From NCBI GenBank assembly GCA_016839785.1, contig JAEOTQ010000124.1:1-47200 (forward strand): a stretch of 47,200 nt of DNA. Direction: 5' to 3'. Positions 10,038 to 20,036 of the stretch are shown in pieces. The translations under genes and the position numbers were made by a program. This DNA is from Candidatus Hodarchaeota archaeon (GTDB lineage Archaea; Asgardarchaeota; Heimdallarchaeia; Hodarchaeales; Hodarchaeaceae). The notes beneath the pieces were generated by a model. It ran no database searches, was not told where the DNA came from, and saw only the letters and a list, made by a program, of their open reading frames with translations. Position 1 is the first letter of the stretch; each line of letters opens with the position of its first letter.

Positions 10038-11048
10038 CTAGATTTGAAATACTCCTGCGCTAACTAGGATTAAGATTAACAATAGCGTAACGATTAGAAT
10101 CCAAAGGACGTTTAGACGTCGAACTTTTGCTGATTGACGTTTGGATAATCCTCGACTTTTTACGCCAAAGATCCAGAATACACTTGTACAAGATAGAATT
10201 ATAGCTAGAATGTTTAGAAGGAGTAAATTTGCTGATTTCATAGCTAGATCAAATTGACCGATAGCACCTAAGATACCAATCGTTGCGGCGGGAGGGCATA
10301 AAGATGCAGCAATAGCTACCCCTACAATAGAAACATCTAATCCACGAGCAACAATTATCCCTGCAGCTAAACCACCCAGTAACGCAAGAGATATCGTTGG
10401 AATGGTAAGAGAAGTTCGATTTAATACTTCAGAATAGAGTTGATTCCCCCCAGGATCTGTAGCATGTATGTCTATCACATCCACTGCATTGAAAACATAT
10501 CCAATAAGTGCACTAAGACTAATTGTAGTAAAAATTCCTGTAAATTCTGCAAAAATTCCCTTTCTGACAAAGGATGTGGTTTCTAAACTTAATAATCCAA
10601 GTGATGTCAAAACTATTGGTCCTAAAAGAGGTGCAACTATCATACTTGCAATAATTACGACAACATCATTATTTAATAATCCAAACGTTGCCAAAGTAGC
10701 TGCTAATCCATTCATTAATAGATAAGTAAACGAAAGTCCTGAAATAATCCCAACGTTTGCCAAGATTTCTTCTCTATTAACCCCAGCACTTTGTGGGAGA
10801 GTACTTTCACCTTTTTTGCTTGTGATCAACAACGAAAGAGGGCGTACCACGATATCCCCATATGCAACACCGATGCCCCTTGCCTTCAGTTCTTCGATTA
10901 ACATATTTGTTTGGTAATCTTTGATGCGAAGCTCGTATCTAATCGTCTCACCAAAATCGTAAGTGGTGGCAAGAACTGAGAATTCCTTTAAAAACTCGTC
11001 CATCAAGGTTTTTCGATCAGTAGGCAAAGTAACCTGAATTTCCTTCAC
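10038..11048 (-). CDS. DUF389/TIGR00341 family membrane protein
   Basis: VIIASMIVAPLLGPI and VGVAIAASLCPPA motifs, multiple TM segments. Confidence 0.85.
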   Translation of the reverse strand: MKEIQVTLPTDRKTLMDEFLKEFSVLATTYDFGETIRYELRIKDYQTNMLIEELKARGIGVAYGDIVVRPLSLLITSKKGESTLPQSAGVNREEILANVGIISGLSFTYLLMNGLAATLATFGLLNNDVVVIIASMIVAPLLGPIVLTSLGLLSLETTSFVRKGIFAEFTGIFTTISLSALIGYVFNAVDVIDIHATDPGGNQLYSEVLNRTSLTIPTISLALLGGLAAGIIVARGLDVSIVGVAIAASLCPPAATIGILGAIGQFDLAMKSANLLLLNILAIILSCTSVFWIFGVKSRGLSKRQSAKVRRLNVLWILIVTLLLILILVSAGVFQI

Positions 11049-11228
11049 TTTCGGGCCTCAAAATTTGGTATTTCATTGAGGATAAAAATGATAGAGACGA
11101 AATTTATTAAACCTCTGATCCTCGCGTCAAAAAAAAACAAAGGTCTCCATGACTACTTCTAATCTAGATTGGATTTCTCTATTGGAATTAGAATAGTGAT
11201 AGTGAGAAAATATCTTTGATAGTGTTAG

Positions 11229-12947
11229 TTGGAACTAATTCCGATGTTACAAAAAGATAGAGGCCAGCTAGATCGATTGTCTATCCGTTTAGCAAATTTA
11301 ACATCCAAAAGAGAATTTAATACAACTTGGTACATATTCGTTTTTCTATTCTTCTTCGTCTTAGTATTATTCCCAACTATTTATGTGTTAGGTAAAGTAA
11401 TTTTAGAATTTCCTGCGATAAACGATTCAGTCCTTTCAAATACAGAAATTCAGTCTCAAATCATATCTGCACTATTCTATTCAATATCGGTTTCAATATT
11501 TGTGACAATTGTTGATTTGATTTTTGGTCTTCCGATTGCTTGGACGCTGGTACGTAAAGAATTCCGTTTCAAATCCTTACTGAATAGTTTCATTGAATTA
11601 CCACTTGCAGTTCCAACTGCTGGATTAGGTTTTTCTGTTGCCTTATTCTGGGGAGTTACACCGAATGTAGAAACCCCTATATTTGCAGTTCAATTAATTA
11701 AGAATGCTCTTCCAATTCTTATTCTATTTCATTTTACTACAACTTTTCCTTACGTTGTGAGATCTTTGACTGCAATTTTGGAAGAAATTGACGTTACACT
11801 TGAAGTGGCTGCCCGTACCTGCGGTGCAAGTAAATTTACTGCCGCAAGAACCGTTACTTTACCAATGTTTCGTTCTGGTGTTGCTACTGCAATGGTTTTA
11901 AGTTTGGCTAAGAGCTTATCTGATACTGGTGGGGTTGTTACTTTGTTAGCTACAATCCAGAGTGCTACCCAGACTGGAACAACCTTGATCGGTACTTGGA
12001 AGCACGCTTTTGAGGATAAGACGCCTGTTCCTGGGATCCCTTATGATTCCCTTGTACCAAGTACCGCATTTCTTGCAGCTATTATGATAATCATAGCATT
12101 AACCCTGGTATTTATTGCAAAAATGATTGCTAGGAATGCGCGGTTACCGTTCCGTAAAGTTTTTCCTTCATTTGAATGGACTGTGAGTGAGGGTAAAGCT
12201 CCACAAGCTCGTCAAATTGTCGCTTTTGGATTTCTGATTATATTTGTTATAGTTCCTTCTTTATTTCTAGTAGCATATTTGATTCAGGGTGCCTCACTTG
12301 CAGCATTTTCTTCAGCTAATTGGGTACTATTTGGGCAAAGCATATTTATGACTGTTTTAGTCGCAAGCATCGCTACAATCGTTAATGTTGTCCTGGGTGT
12401 CCCCATGGCTATATTGATTGCACGAAAATCCGATAGATTCTCTCGAATACTCGATGCAATGGTTGATATCCCTTATGTAGTTCCAAGCTCTGCACTTGGG
12501 CTCTCTGTCGGATTCTTCTGGACAGATCAATCCATATTACCTGTAAATGAACTCTTCTTTGTAATCATGGCACATATAAGTATGACTTTCCCCTTTATTG
12601 TTCGAAATACACTAGGAGGCTTATCTGAGCTAGATTCTGCTTATGAAGATGTTGCACGGACTTTGGGAGCGCGACCTATGCAAACATTCAAAGAAATTAC
12701 ATTACCAGTCATCAAATTTTCAATTATTGCTGGGGCCATAATGTCATTTACACGAAGTGTTGGGGAAACTGGAGCTACATTGGCAGTTTCTCCCTCATCG
12801 ATAACAGCTCCAGTGTTTATCGTAAATTTAATTAAAAATGACCAAAATTACTTCCTTGCGGCCCTAACCACGTTAATCCTGATATTTATCTCATCATTAT
12901 TGATCTTTACACTTCGAGCTAGTATTTCCCGTGCAAAACGGAGGTAG
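11229..12947 (+). CDS. ABC importer fused double permease (CysTW/ModB/FbpB-like)
   Basis: Two MetI-like halves with EAA loops (EVAARTCGASKF; EDVARTLGARPM) and LPLAVP/IPYVVP motifs. Confidence 0.9.
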   Translation: MELIPMLQKDRGQLDRLSIRLANLTSKREFNTTWYIFVFLFFFVLVLFPTIYVLGKVILEFPAINDSVLSNTEIQSQIISALFYSISVSIFVTIVDLIFGLPIAWTLVRKEFRFKSLLNSFIELPLAVPTAGLGFSVALFWGVTPNVETPIFAVQLIKNALPILILFHFTTTFPYVVRSLTAILEEIDVTLEVAARTCGASKFTAARTVTLPMFRSGVATAMVLSLAKSLSDTGGVVTLLATIQSATQTGTTLIGTWKHAFEDKTPVPGIPYDSLVPSTAFLAAIMIIIALTLVFIAKMIARNARLPFRKVFPSFEWTVSEGKAPQARQIVAFGFLIIFVIVPSLFLVAYLIQGASLAAFSSANWVLFGQSIFMTVLVASIATIVNVVLGVPMAILIARKSDRFSRILDAMVDIPYVVPSSALGLSVGFFWTDQSILPVNELFFVIMAHISMTFPFIVRNTLGGLSELDSAYEDVARTLGARPMQTFKEITLPVIKFSIIAGAIMSFTRSVGETGATLAVSPSSITAPVFIVNLIKNDQNYFLAALTTLILIFISSLLIFTLRASISRAKRR

Positions 12948-12954
12948 GAAAGAA

Positions 12955-14103
12955 ATGATAGATAGCCCCCACATAGTTATCTCCGATTTAACAAAACGCT
13001 TCGGTAAGAAAGAGGTACTTAAAGGAATTAATCTAAATATAAAGAAAGGAGAATACATAGTAATTCTAGGGCCAACAGGTGCGGGAAAAACAACACTCTT
13101 GAAGATCATTGCGGGTTTATTACCCCCTACCAGTGGTAGGATTTCAACTGATACAGGTGATATTACTGATTTACCTCCTGAATTCCGCAATCTCGCATAT
13201 CTTCCACAAACTTCTGATTATTCATTATTTGCATACATGAATGTGTGGAATAACGCGATTTTCTCTCCAAAAATGAAAGATGAAAAATCACTCCAAGAGA
13301 TAACAACAATCGGAAATGAAGTTTTAGATCTAGTGAACTTGCGTCATCGGTATAATGCGTTACCACATGAGCTGAGCGGGGGTATGAAGCAAAGGGTGGC
13401 ACTCGCTCGGGCAATTGCAACAGATGCAAGTATTTTTCTGTTGGATGAGCCTCTTAGGGCCTTAGATGCGCGGTTGAGGATAATATTACGCACTGAAATC
13501 AAGAAATTAGTTACTGATCTAAAGAAAACGACTTTTCATGTAACTCATGATCAGGAAGAAGCGTTAGCTGTTGCTGACCGCATTTTGATTATCAATGAAG
13601 GGAGGATTATTCAGTTTGGAACCCCTCAAGAGATTTACCAACGGCCTAAGACACTTTTTTCAGCGTACTTCTTTGGGATAACAAATCTATTACCTGTAAG
13701 TTTTAAGGATCTTAAAGACGATAAAATGATCTTTTCGGTAGGAAACCACACCATAACAGCTTTAGCTAGCTTAGGAGAAATATCTGAGACTTCTGAAGAT
13801 TTAAAAGATGAATATGTCTTGGCCATCAAAGCTGATAGTATTACAGTTTCATCAATTCCCTCTACAGAGGGTCTCGGATTAAATGAATTCAACGGATCAA
13901 TTGAGAATTTGTATTATTTAGGAAAATGGATTCACATGGTTGTTGTTGTTGAAACATTTCCTAAACAAATGGTCATTGCTATTCCTTCAACTGAAATGAG
14001 AAAGTATAAATTAAATTCTGATGTACTAATCAAATTCGATATAGAAGATATAATACACTATAATGAACCGTGGGAAAAGGTTAAACAACTGGAGGATAGT
14101 TAA
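12955..14103 (+). CDS. ABC transporter ATP-binding subunit
   Basis: GPTGAGKT, LSGGMKQR, LLDEP, VTHDQEEA, C-terminal TOBE-like region; start placed at the ATG after GGAGGT. Confidence 0.92.
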   Translation: MIDSPHIVISDLTKRFGKKEVLKGINLNIKKGEYIVILGPTGAGKTTLLKIIAGLLPPTSGRISTDTGDITDLPPEFRNLAYLPQTSDYSLFAYMNVWNNAIFSPKMKDEKSLQEITTIGNEVLDLVNLRHRYNALPHELSGGMKQRVALARAIATDASIFLLDEPLRALDARLRIILRTEIKKLVTDLKKTTFHVTHDQEEALAVADRILIINEGRIIQFGTPQEIYQRPKTLFSAYFFGITNLLPVSFKDLKDDKMIFSVGNHTITALASLGEISETSEDLKDEYVLAIKADSITVSSIPSTEGLGLNEFNGSIENLYYLGKWIHMVVVVETFPKQMVIAIPSTEMRKYKLNSDVLIKFDIEDIIHYNEPWEKVKQLEDS

Positions 14104-15197
14104 TGCCGACTGTAACGTTAAGAAATATAGGTAAAAAGTTTGGGCGAGTAGTGGCATTGACTGGGATTGATCTTGAGATAAAAGATGCTGAATATCTGGC
14201 AATCTTGGGTCCTTCTGGTTGTGGAAAAACTACTCTTATCAATTGTATTACAGGAATTGTAGATATCAGCGAAGGTAAAATCGAAATTGATGGGAAATCT
14301 GTGGAAGGAATTCCGATTGAAAAACGTGATTTTGCCATGGTTTTCCAAAATATTGCCCTGTTTCCCCATATGACCGTTTCTGAAAATATATCTTATGCTC
14401 CCTATGTAAACGACATTCCTCATGTAGAACTCAAAAAAATAGAATCAGAAATGTTAAAACTAGTAGATTTATTAGAGCAAAAAGACCTTTATCCTCGAGA
14501 ACTAAGTGGGGGTGCGCAACAAAAGACTGCGGTTGCGAGAGCATTAGCAACCCGAGAAAAACTCCTTATACTTGATGAACCTATTAGTGCTCTTGACTAT
14601 AAGGTACGGGTCACGTTAAGGTATGCGATTCGGAAATTAGTCAAGGATCTAGGATTAACTGCAATTCACATAACCCACGACCAAGAAGAAGCAATGTCAG
14701 TTGCAGATAGAATCGTGATTCTCCGCGCGGGAGAAATTGTGGAGATTGGTACTCCACAACAGCTCTACAGCTCACCTCAGACCCTTTTTACAATGAACTT
14801 CGTTGGAGAGAGTAATTTTTTGGAAGGCGTAGTGACAGAGGTGGTTTCTGACCATGAAGTACATGTCAGTTTTAGAAATAATCAATCCCTTGGATTAAAA
14901 AATGGAGACCCGCATTTTGAAGAAGGAGAGAGTATAGTGGTAGCTTTTCGCCCTGAAAATGCTTTTATAAGCAAGAAATCCATAGGTAATTCATTAATCG
15001 GGGAAATTACAGGCAAACAATTTATCGGGGGCTATATCAGATATACTATCTCACTTCGAACCGAGGATGAAATCATTCTCGATTCTCGACTCGATATAGA
15101 ACCACACGGGAATATTTTTATTCAACTCAACCCTCAAGAAGCACGAGTTTTTCGTGCACCAACATATGGACTGAAGAAGGTGTTAACTCTTGAATGA
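14103..15197 (+). CDS. ABC transporter ATP-binding subunit (second paralog)
   Basis: GPSGCGKT, LSGGAQQK, ILDEP, ITHDQEEA; start overlaps the previous stop (TAATG). Confidence 0.92.
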   Translation: MPTVTLRNIGKKFGRVVALTGIDLEIKDAEYLAILGPSGCGKTTLINCITGIVDISEGKIEIDGKSVEGIPIEKRDFAMVFQNIALFPHMTVSENISYAPYVNDIPHVELKKIESEMLKLVDLLEQKDLYPRELSGGAQQKTAVARALATREKLLILDEPISALDYKVRVTLRYAIRKLVKDLGLTAIHITHDQEEAMSVADRIVILRAGEIVEIGTPQQLYSSPQTLFTMNFVGESNFLEGVVTEVVSDHEVHVSFRNNQSLGLKNGDPHFEEGESIVVAFRPENAFISKKSIGNSLIGEITGKQFIGGYIRYTISLRTEDEIILDSRLDIEPHGNIFIQLNPQEARVFRAPTYGLKKVLTLE

Positions 15198-15891
15198 TGG
15201 TCAAAGCGTAAGCAGTTTACTGCATTGGTTTAAGGAAAGAAGAAATCAAATAATATTAAAAACTCTAGATGAACATGCTGGAAAACTAGTAGATACTTGC
15301 ACTGCAAGTCTTGAATTGCTGGAACTCCTGAAGTCTACTGATCAATCTAAGGCTGAAAAGTTATATAACAGGGTAAGCATGCAAGAAAGATCTGCAGATC
15401 ATTTTCAAGATGATTTAGCAACCGAAATTGCACGAGGAATGCTTCCTCCTGAAATACGGGAAAAATTATTTCGCTTAACAAGAGTAGCTGATTCTGTTGC
15501 CAATTGGATTAAAAGCGGAAGTAAGAATTTAGTCCTTTTAGTAAAATTAGAGGTTGATACCTCAGAATTTGATATGATACTGGATTATTTGATTGAAATA
15601 GTCAAGTTAACCCATGAGAGTGTCGTTATCTTTAGGAAAATGGTTAATGCGTTGGGAACAGATGATCAGTTAATACTTGATACTAGACAAATTATCGAGG
15701 ATCGAGAAAGAGAGGCGGACAATGTCCACTTTTCGGTAAGAGAAGAAATTCTTGCCATAAATGATAAACAGGGTTTTTCTGTTCATTTCTTGCTGATCGA
15801 TGCAGCTAAATGTCTTGAAAATGCTTCAGATTCAATTACCAATGCTGCGGATATCCTCTATACTATTGTAATGTTAGGAATTCCCACATAA
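15190..15891 (+). CDS. DUF47 / PhoU-like phosphate-transport-associated protein
   Basis: All-helical with repeated ExxAD motifs (ERSADHF; EREADNV; ENASDSI). Confidence 0.8.
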   Translation: MNDGQSVSSLLHWFKERRNQIILKTLDEHAGKLVDTCTASLELLELLKSTDQSKAEKLYNRVSMQERSADHFQDDLATEIARGMLPPEIREKLFRLTRVADSVANWIKSGSKNLVLLVKLEVDTSEFDMILDYLIEIVKLTHESVVIFRKMVNALGTDDQLILDTRQIIEDREREADNVHFSVREEILAINDKQGFSVHFLLIDAAKCLENASDSITNAADILYTIVMLGIPT

Positions 15892-15926
15892 AATAAACTG
15901 AGAACTAAAAAGGAAAGAAGAACTCC

Positions 15927-16391
15927 CTATGGGAGTTTATCATAGATTTTTTCTTCTTTGATAAGTACTTCAATATTGTCAATACCGTCAAATCGGCCTA
16001 ATTCTGCAACGAAGTAGTCTAGGTCGTGTTTTGATTTGCTATGTACTTCTAAGATGAAATTACTTTCACCATTTGCGCGGTACAATGCAAGAAGATCACA
16101 GTTTAGACCTTGACAGATATAAGGGAGATTGTCCATTTGGGCGTAAGTTTCATAGCTGGGTTCCATCTGGAATCGAATAATAGCTTGTTTCTCATAACCT
16201 AGGTTTACAGGGTCAGTGATCACACGAAAGCCTTGGATTACTCCTTTTTCTCGTAATCTTCGCACGCGATTTCTGACTGTACCCTCAGTACGCTTTATTG
16301 ACTTTGCAATGGTCGTAAATTTAGTTCTTCCATCCCGATTTAGAATTTCTAAGATTTCCCGATCAATTTCATCATATATCATATGTTTCAT
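15927..16391 (-). CDS. Lrp/AsnC family transcriptional regulator
   Basis: DEIDREILEILNRDGRTKFTTIAK..EGTVRNRVRRLREKGVI HTH plus RAM-like C-domain. Confidence 0.92.
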   Translation of the reverse strand: MKHMIYDEIDREILEILNRDGRTKFTTIAKSIKRTEGTVRNRVRRLREKGVIQGFRVITDPVNLGYEKQAIIRFQMEPSYETYAQMDNLPYICQGLNCDLLALYRANGESNFILEVHSKSKHDLDYFVAELGRFDGIDNIEVLIKEEKIYDKLP

Positions 16392-16467
16392 CTCACTTCA
16401 CAATTGTTATTGCTTACTTAACAATAGTGAATTTTTCCTTTAAAAAGCTTTGGGAAAAACGTAGTAA

Positions 16468-16513
16468 TTCGAGAATAGCAATTTTACGATTCTCGAAATT
16501 CACCCGAATTTCG
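16468..16513. promoter_or_regulatory. Two overlapping inverted repeats in the Lrp/SRPBCC divergent intergenic region
   Basis: TTCGAGAAT-N12-ATTCTCGAA (16468-16497) and CGAAATTC-ACCC-GAATTTCG (16494-16513). Confidence 0.45.
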
Positions 16514-16554
16514 TAATAGATAACGTTCTATATTGTGTAAATTTAAATGAAAAT

Positions 16555-16983
16555 ATGTTTGATACAGCAATAGAGCACAAAGTACTGATTAAGGCACTAC
16601 GTGAAAATGTTTTTGATGCAATGACGACTGCTGAAGGATTAGATGGATGGTTTACGCAGGGATCAGAGGTTGATCGACGTCCAGGAGGGAAAATATTATT
16701 TAACTGGGTAGAATGGGGTGTTGACAAAGAAACCTTCAAAGCGGAATGTCCAATACTCGAGGTAGTTATTCCTGAGAGATTAGTCTTTAAATGGTGGAGT
16801 GACCACTATACTACGGTGGAGATGGACTTTCAAACCGTGTCTGAGGGGACGGTCGTGTCACTAATTGAACAAGGGTACGCAGATACAAAGGAAGGGCGTC
16901 ATCGATGTTTGGAATGTGCCGTAGGATGGGGAGAAGCATTAACTTTATTGAAATTCTTTGTTGAGTACGGAATTAGGTATTAA
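16555..16983 (+). CDS. SRPBCC/AHSA1-like (START-fold) protein
   Basis: VFDAMTTAEGLDGWF, RPGG, PERLVFKW, C-terminal GWGEALTLLK helix. Confidence 0.85.
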   Translation: MFDTAIEHKVLIKALRENVFDAMTTAEGLDGWFTQGSEVDRRPGGKILFNWVEWGVDKETFKAECPILEVVIPERLVFKWWSDHYTTVEMDFQTVSEGTVVSLIEQGYADTKEGRHRCLECAVGWGEALTLLKFFVEYGIRY

Positions 16984-17031
16984 TTTTTATTTCCCTAAGA
17001 CTCGTCATTTTTGAATTATAATATTCCAACT

Positions 17032-18786
17032 TTAAGGAAAAGTATCTTTCTTCGCGGTAGACACCGCAAAATTCTGGCCGAATATGCGTTCTGTGGAATC
17101 TTCAAAAGTGGAATGACGTCTTGCTTTGAGGTATTGATTGGTTCGCATAGCCAGAGATTTTCTTTGTAATGGTTCGAGATCTTCACCGCGAATTTTCCAA
17201 TCATCGATATGAGCATCTGGTGGAGCTTGAGCTAATAGGCCAACGGTCATATGTTGGTTGCCATCCATTATGATAATGTATTTTTCTCTAGCCTCAGATG
17301 TAAAGAACAATTCTTCAATCAGAAAGTGTTCAATTTGAAACGCGCCACTGAAAAGATCAGTCAAATATGGATGAAGATTAGTAAGAAATGTCATTACTGG
17401 TGACGCCAAGCCTAGAGATGGCTTTGAAAGAAATGTTGTTACATTAGATTTAAGATCTGTTTCAAAAATGCCCTCAATACTATAATTTCCCTCTCGTAGG
17501 GTATCAAAGGTGTCAACAATTTGAATATTGCTTACTCCCTCAATAACTAATGCCTGAGGCATAAATGTCGCGTCATTGGCAAAAGATCCCCTTTTTAACA
17601 ATCCTCGCAAAGGTTTCTCTTGTACAGAATCTTTAGTTGCGGTAGTAGGTGAAGACAGTGGGATTCGTTCCTCAGATTTACGGAACTTCCCCATTAATCG
17701 TCCAAATAATCCTTTCTTTTTGATTGGAGTTTCTTCCTTCACTTGGGGTTTCATTTTTGGAAGAGATGGGGAGGGTTTTGGTTTCTGATCACCAGAAAGT
17801 GTTTTTTTCCAGGTGCCAGCTTTTTGTTCGTCAAGTCCTCGTAAATGAAGTATTTGAGCAACACTTGAGGCATTCAGATCGTCAGCTGGAGTTTTCATTA
17901 TTAGTATTGGGTTTGCTGGTGAAGATGCATCTCTAACTAACATGAGGTGTTCTAGGGTATTTAAGATTCGTCCTCGAAGCATGACGAATTCACTATTAAG
18001 TATGGGTCTATCTAAAAATGAAGTAATTCTCTGAAATGGTGTTTGAAGTGTATTTACTTTGAAATTCTCGTCTGTATTCCATGATGAGATCAGAGAAGTC
18101 TGTTTTGTAGTAGAAAGGAGAAAAGCTTGGGTTTCATTCATATTTGCGATTGTAACACTCGGATTTTGAGATACAACATGAAGAACTTCGTGTTCTTTAA
18201 GTAATTTCCAAATAGGTGTAAGTAAATCTGAATGCTGCTGATGATCTTGTTGAATGTTATGTGCCTGAATCTCTTGATGTGGATATGTCCGTTTCAAAGC
18301 AGCAGATAAAAGCGCTAATTCCCACCCACAAGGACCCTTAGAAAGATAATTTCCCACTCTTTTTAGATAAGGTGCGACAAAATAATCTTTCAATCGAATT
18401 AATGAAACATCTCGAGGCATACCACGGCCTCCCATAAACAAATCTTGAGATCTCATCTTAATAGCCGTTTTATAGGCAACATAGAATACATGCATGAGCT
18501 TGTCAGGTGATTTATTACGAGAGCGGCCTGATTTAAAGGCTTCAAATATGGAGCTATAACGATCTTCATCGGACGCTTCAGAAGGGACCTCTGATGCAGT
18601 TGCAATGAAATCAGCAACAAAGAGGGCTCGAGCCCCTTCTTCCTCTGTTAATCCCGCATCAGTTGCCAGAGTGAGCAGTTCTGGAGCTGCACTTGCATAT
18701 CGACTTAATCGAACTGGAATATCATATTCTCGTCCTAATTCAATTAATAAAGAATCAAAAAATGGAAGATTTGGTATGCTTGACAC
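17032..18786 (-). CDS. Hypothetical protein, 584 aa, two globular regions joined by a Pro/Lys-rich linker
   Basis: Long ORF with GGTGA RBS; no family recognised. Confidence 0.75.
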   Translation of the reverse strand: MSSIPNLPFFDSLLIELGREYDIPVRLSRYASAAPELLTLATDAGLTEEEGARALFVADFIATASEVPSEASDEDRYSSIFEAFKSGRSRNKSPDKLMHVFYVAYKTAIKMRSQDLFMGGRGMPRDVSLIRLKDYFVAPYLKRVGNYLSKGPCGWELALLSAALKRTYPHQEIQAHNIQQDHQQHSDLLTPIWKLLKEHEVLHVVSQNPSVTIANMNETQAFLLSTTKQTSLISSWNTDENFKVNTLQTPFQRITSFLDRPILNSEFVMLRGRILNTLEHLMLVRDASSPANPILIMKTPADDLNASSVAQILHLRGLDEQKAGTWKKTLSGDQKPKPSPSLPKMKPQVKEETPIKKKGLFGRLMGKFRKSEERIPLSSPTTATKDSVQEKPLRGLLKRGSFANDATFMPQALVIEGVSNIQIVDTFDTLREGNYSIEGIFETDLKSNVTTFLSKPSLGLASPVMTFLTNLHPYLTDLFSGAFQIEHFLIEELFFTSEAREKYIIIMDGNQHMTVGLLAQAPPDAHIDDWKIRGEDLEPLQRKSLAMRTNQYLKARRHSTFEDSTERIFGQNFAVSTAKKDTFP

Positions 18787-18896
18787 ATAATCACCAAGAT
18801 TTAGTAATCGAGAGAAAGAGATATTTCTAAACTATAACCTTTTGCTAATGAAAAACTCTCCTACTTATAAAAAGAATGAGTTTTATATTGATATTC

Positions 18897-19349
18897 TTAC
18901 TTCAAACTTGCTCTTTGCTGTTGGGCTAGATATAGAAGACCCAACGTCAAAGCTCCACCAATAACCCCACCATAGAACCCAACATCGGGCCACCAGGCGT
19001 TATCGTCAATAATATTAACAATTGCAAATCCAATGAAGGCAAAGAGTTGTAATCCGATAGCACCTAATGCAGCAAAAATACCCATATTGGCGTGATAATC
19101 ACTTAATTTATCATTCACTCCAAGATAAGAAATATAAGCGCAAAATGCAAGCAATCCAATGGCCACGAGTAGAAAAGGGGACATCAAAATATGATTATAA
19201 GGATTGATCCACCCTTCTTCTGAAACGCCCACATACCAATTTCCCCAATACCACCCTGCAAAATCCCCGATCAATAAGAGTGCTACTCCAATTACGCTAG
19301 TAATTAAGGAACCAACATACAAACTGTTTGTATTCATCGACTTTGACAT
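18897..19349 (-). CDS. Small four-TM membrane protein
   Basis: Four hydrophobic segments; GGTGA RBS. Confidence 0.75.
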   Translation of the reverse strand: MSKSMNTNSLYVGSLITSVIGVALLLIGDFAGWYWGNWYVGVSEEGWINPYNHILMSPFLLVAIGLLAFCAYISYLGVNDKLSDYHANMGIFAALGAIGLQLFAFIGFAIVNIIDDNAWWPDVGFYGGVIGGALTLGLLYLAQQQRASLK

Positions 19350-19546
19350 AATATTTCACCAAATAAGTTTACTTAAGAAATTATTCTACAAGGATTTATC
19401 AATTTTTTACTCTTTCATTCAAATTGTGCAAATCTGAAAGAAAAAATCTACTAAAAGTTTTGATACAGATATTTTTTTAATTCTATTAAAGAACTGTAAA
19501 ATAATGAGCTGTGATTCAATCATAATTTAATAAATTGGTGAAAACA

Positions 19547-20020
19547 ATGAGTAGACGAGTTTATGTAAAAGGTAAAAAGACCTATGCAAAAGGTCAGGCA
19601 CCAGATTTAAGTGAATCTGACCGCTATCAAAATATTATTTCTCTAATGAGTATTCGGGTAGAGGATGTCCACGAACGTAATCCGATGGATCGAACGGGCG
19701 AATTTTACTTTGAAGTCGGTGGGAAAGGGCTTCTCAAACACGATTATCGTATTCCGCTACATGGTGAGATCAATATTAAAGAAAACTTAACGTATTCTGC
19801 AAAACAGGATTTTACCCTTTGGATTTCCTTTGATGAGGCTAAAAAAGAGAAAACCCGAAGTATTCCTATAAAATTTCGTGAGAGGGATGCTACCAAGGAT
19901 GATACAATTATAAAAGCCGAAATCCCAATAACTTTTGGTTCTGGAACAAAGTATGAAGTGATTAAGGGCCCAGGGATTACCGTCAAATTAAAAATCTCAA
20001 GTCATAAGACACGATATTGA
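19547..20020 (+). CDS. Hypothetical basic beta-rich protein, possibly C2-like
   Basis: GGTGA RBS before ATG 19547; alternating beta patterns, D..GEFYFEV and FRERDATKDDTI motifs. Confidence 0.6.
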   Translation: MSRRVYVKGKKTYAKGQAPDLSESDRYQNIISLMSIRVEDVHERNPMDRTGEFYFEVGGKGLLKHDYRIPLHGEINIKENLTYSAKQDFTLWISFDEAKKEKTRSIPIKFRERDATKDDTIIKAEIPITFGSGTKYEVIKGPGITVKLKISSHKTRY

Positions 20021-20036
20021 ATTGGTGTTTCCTAGT

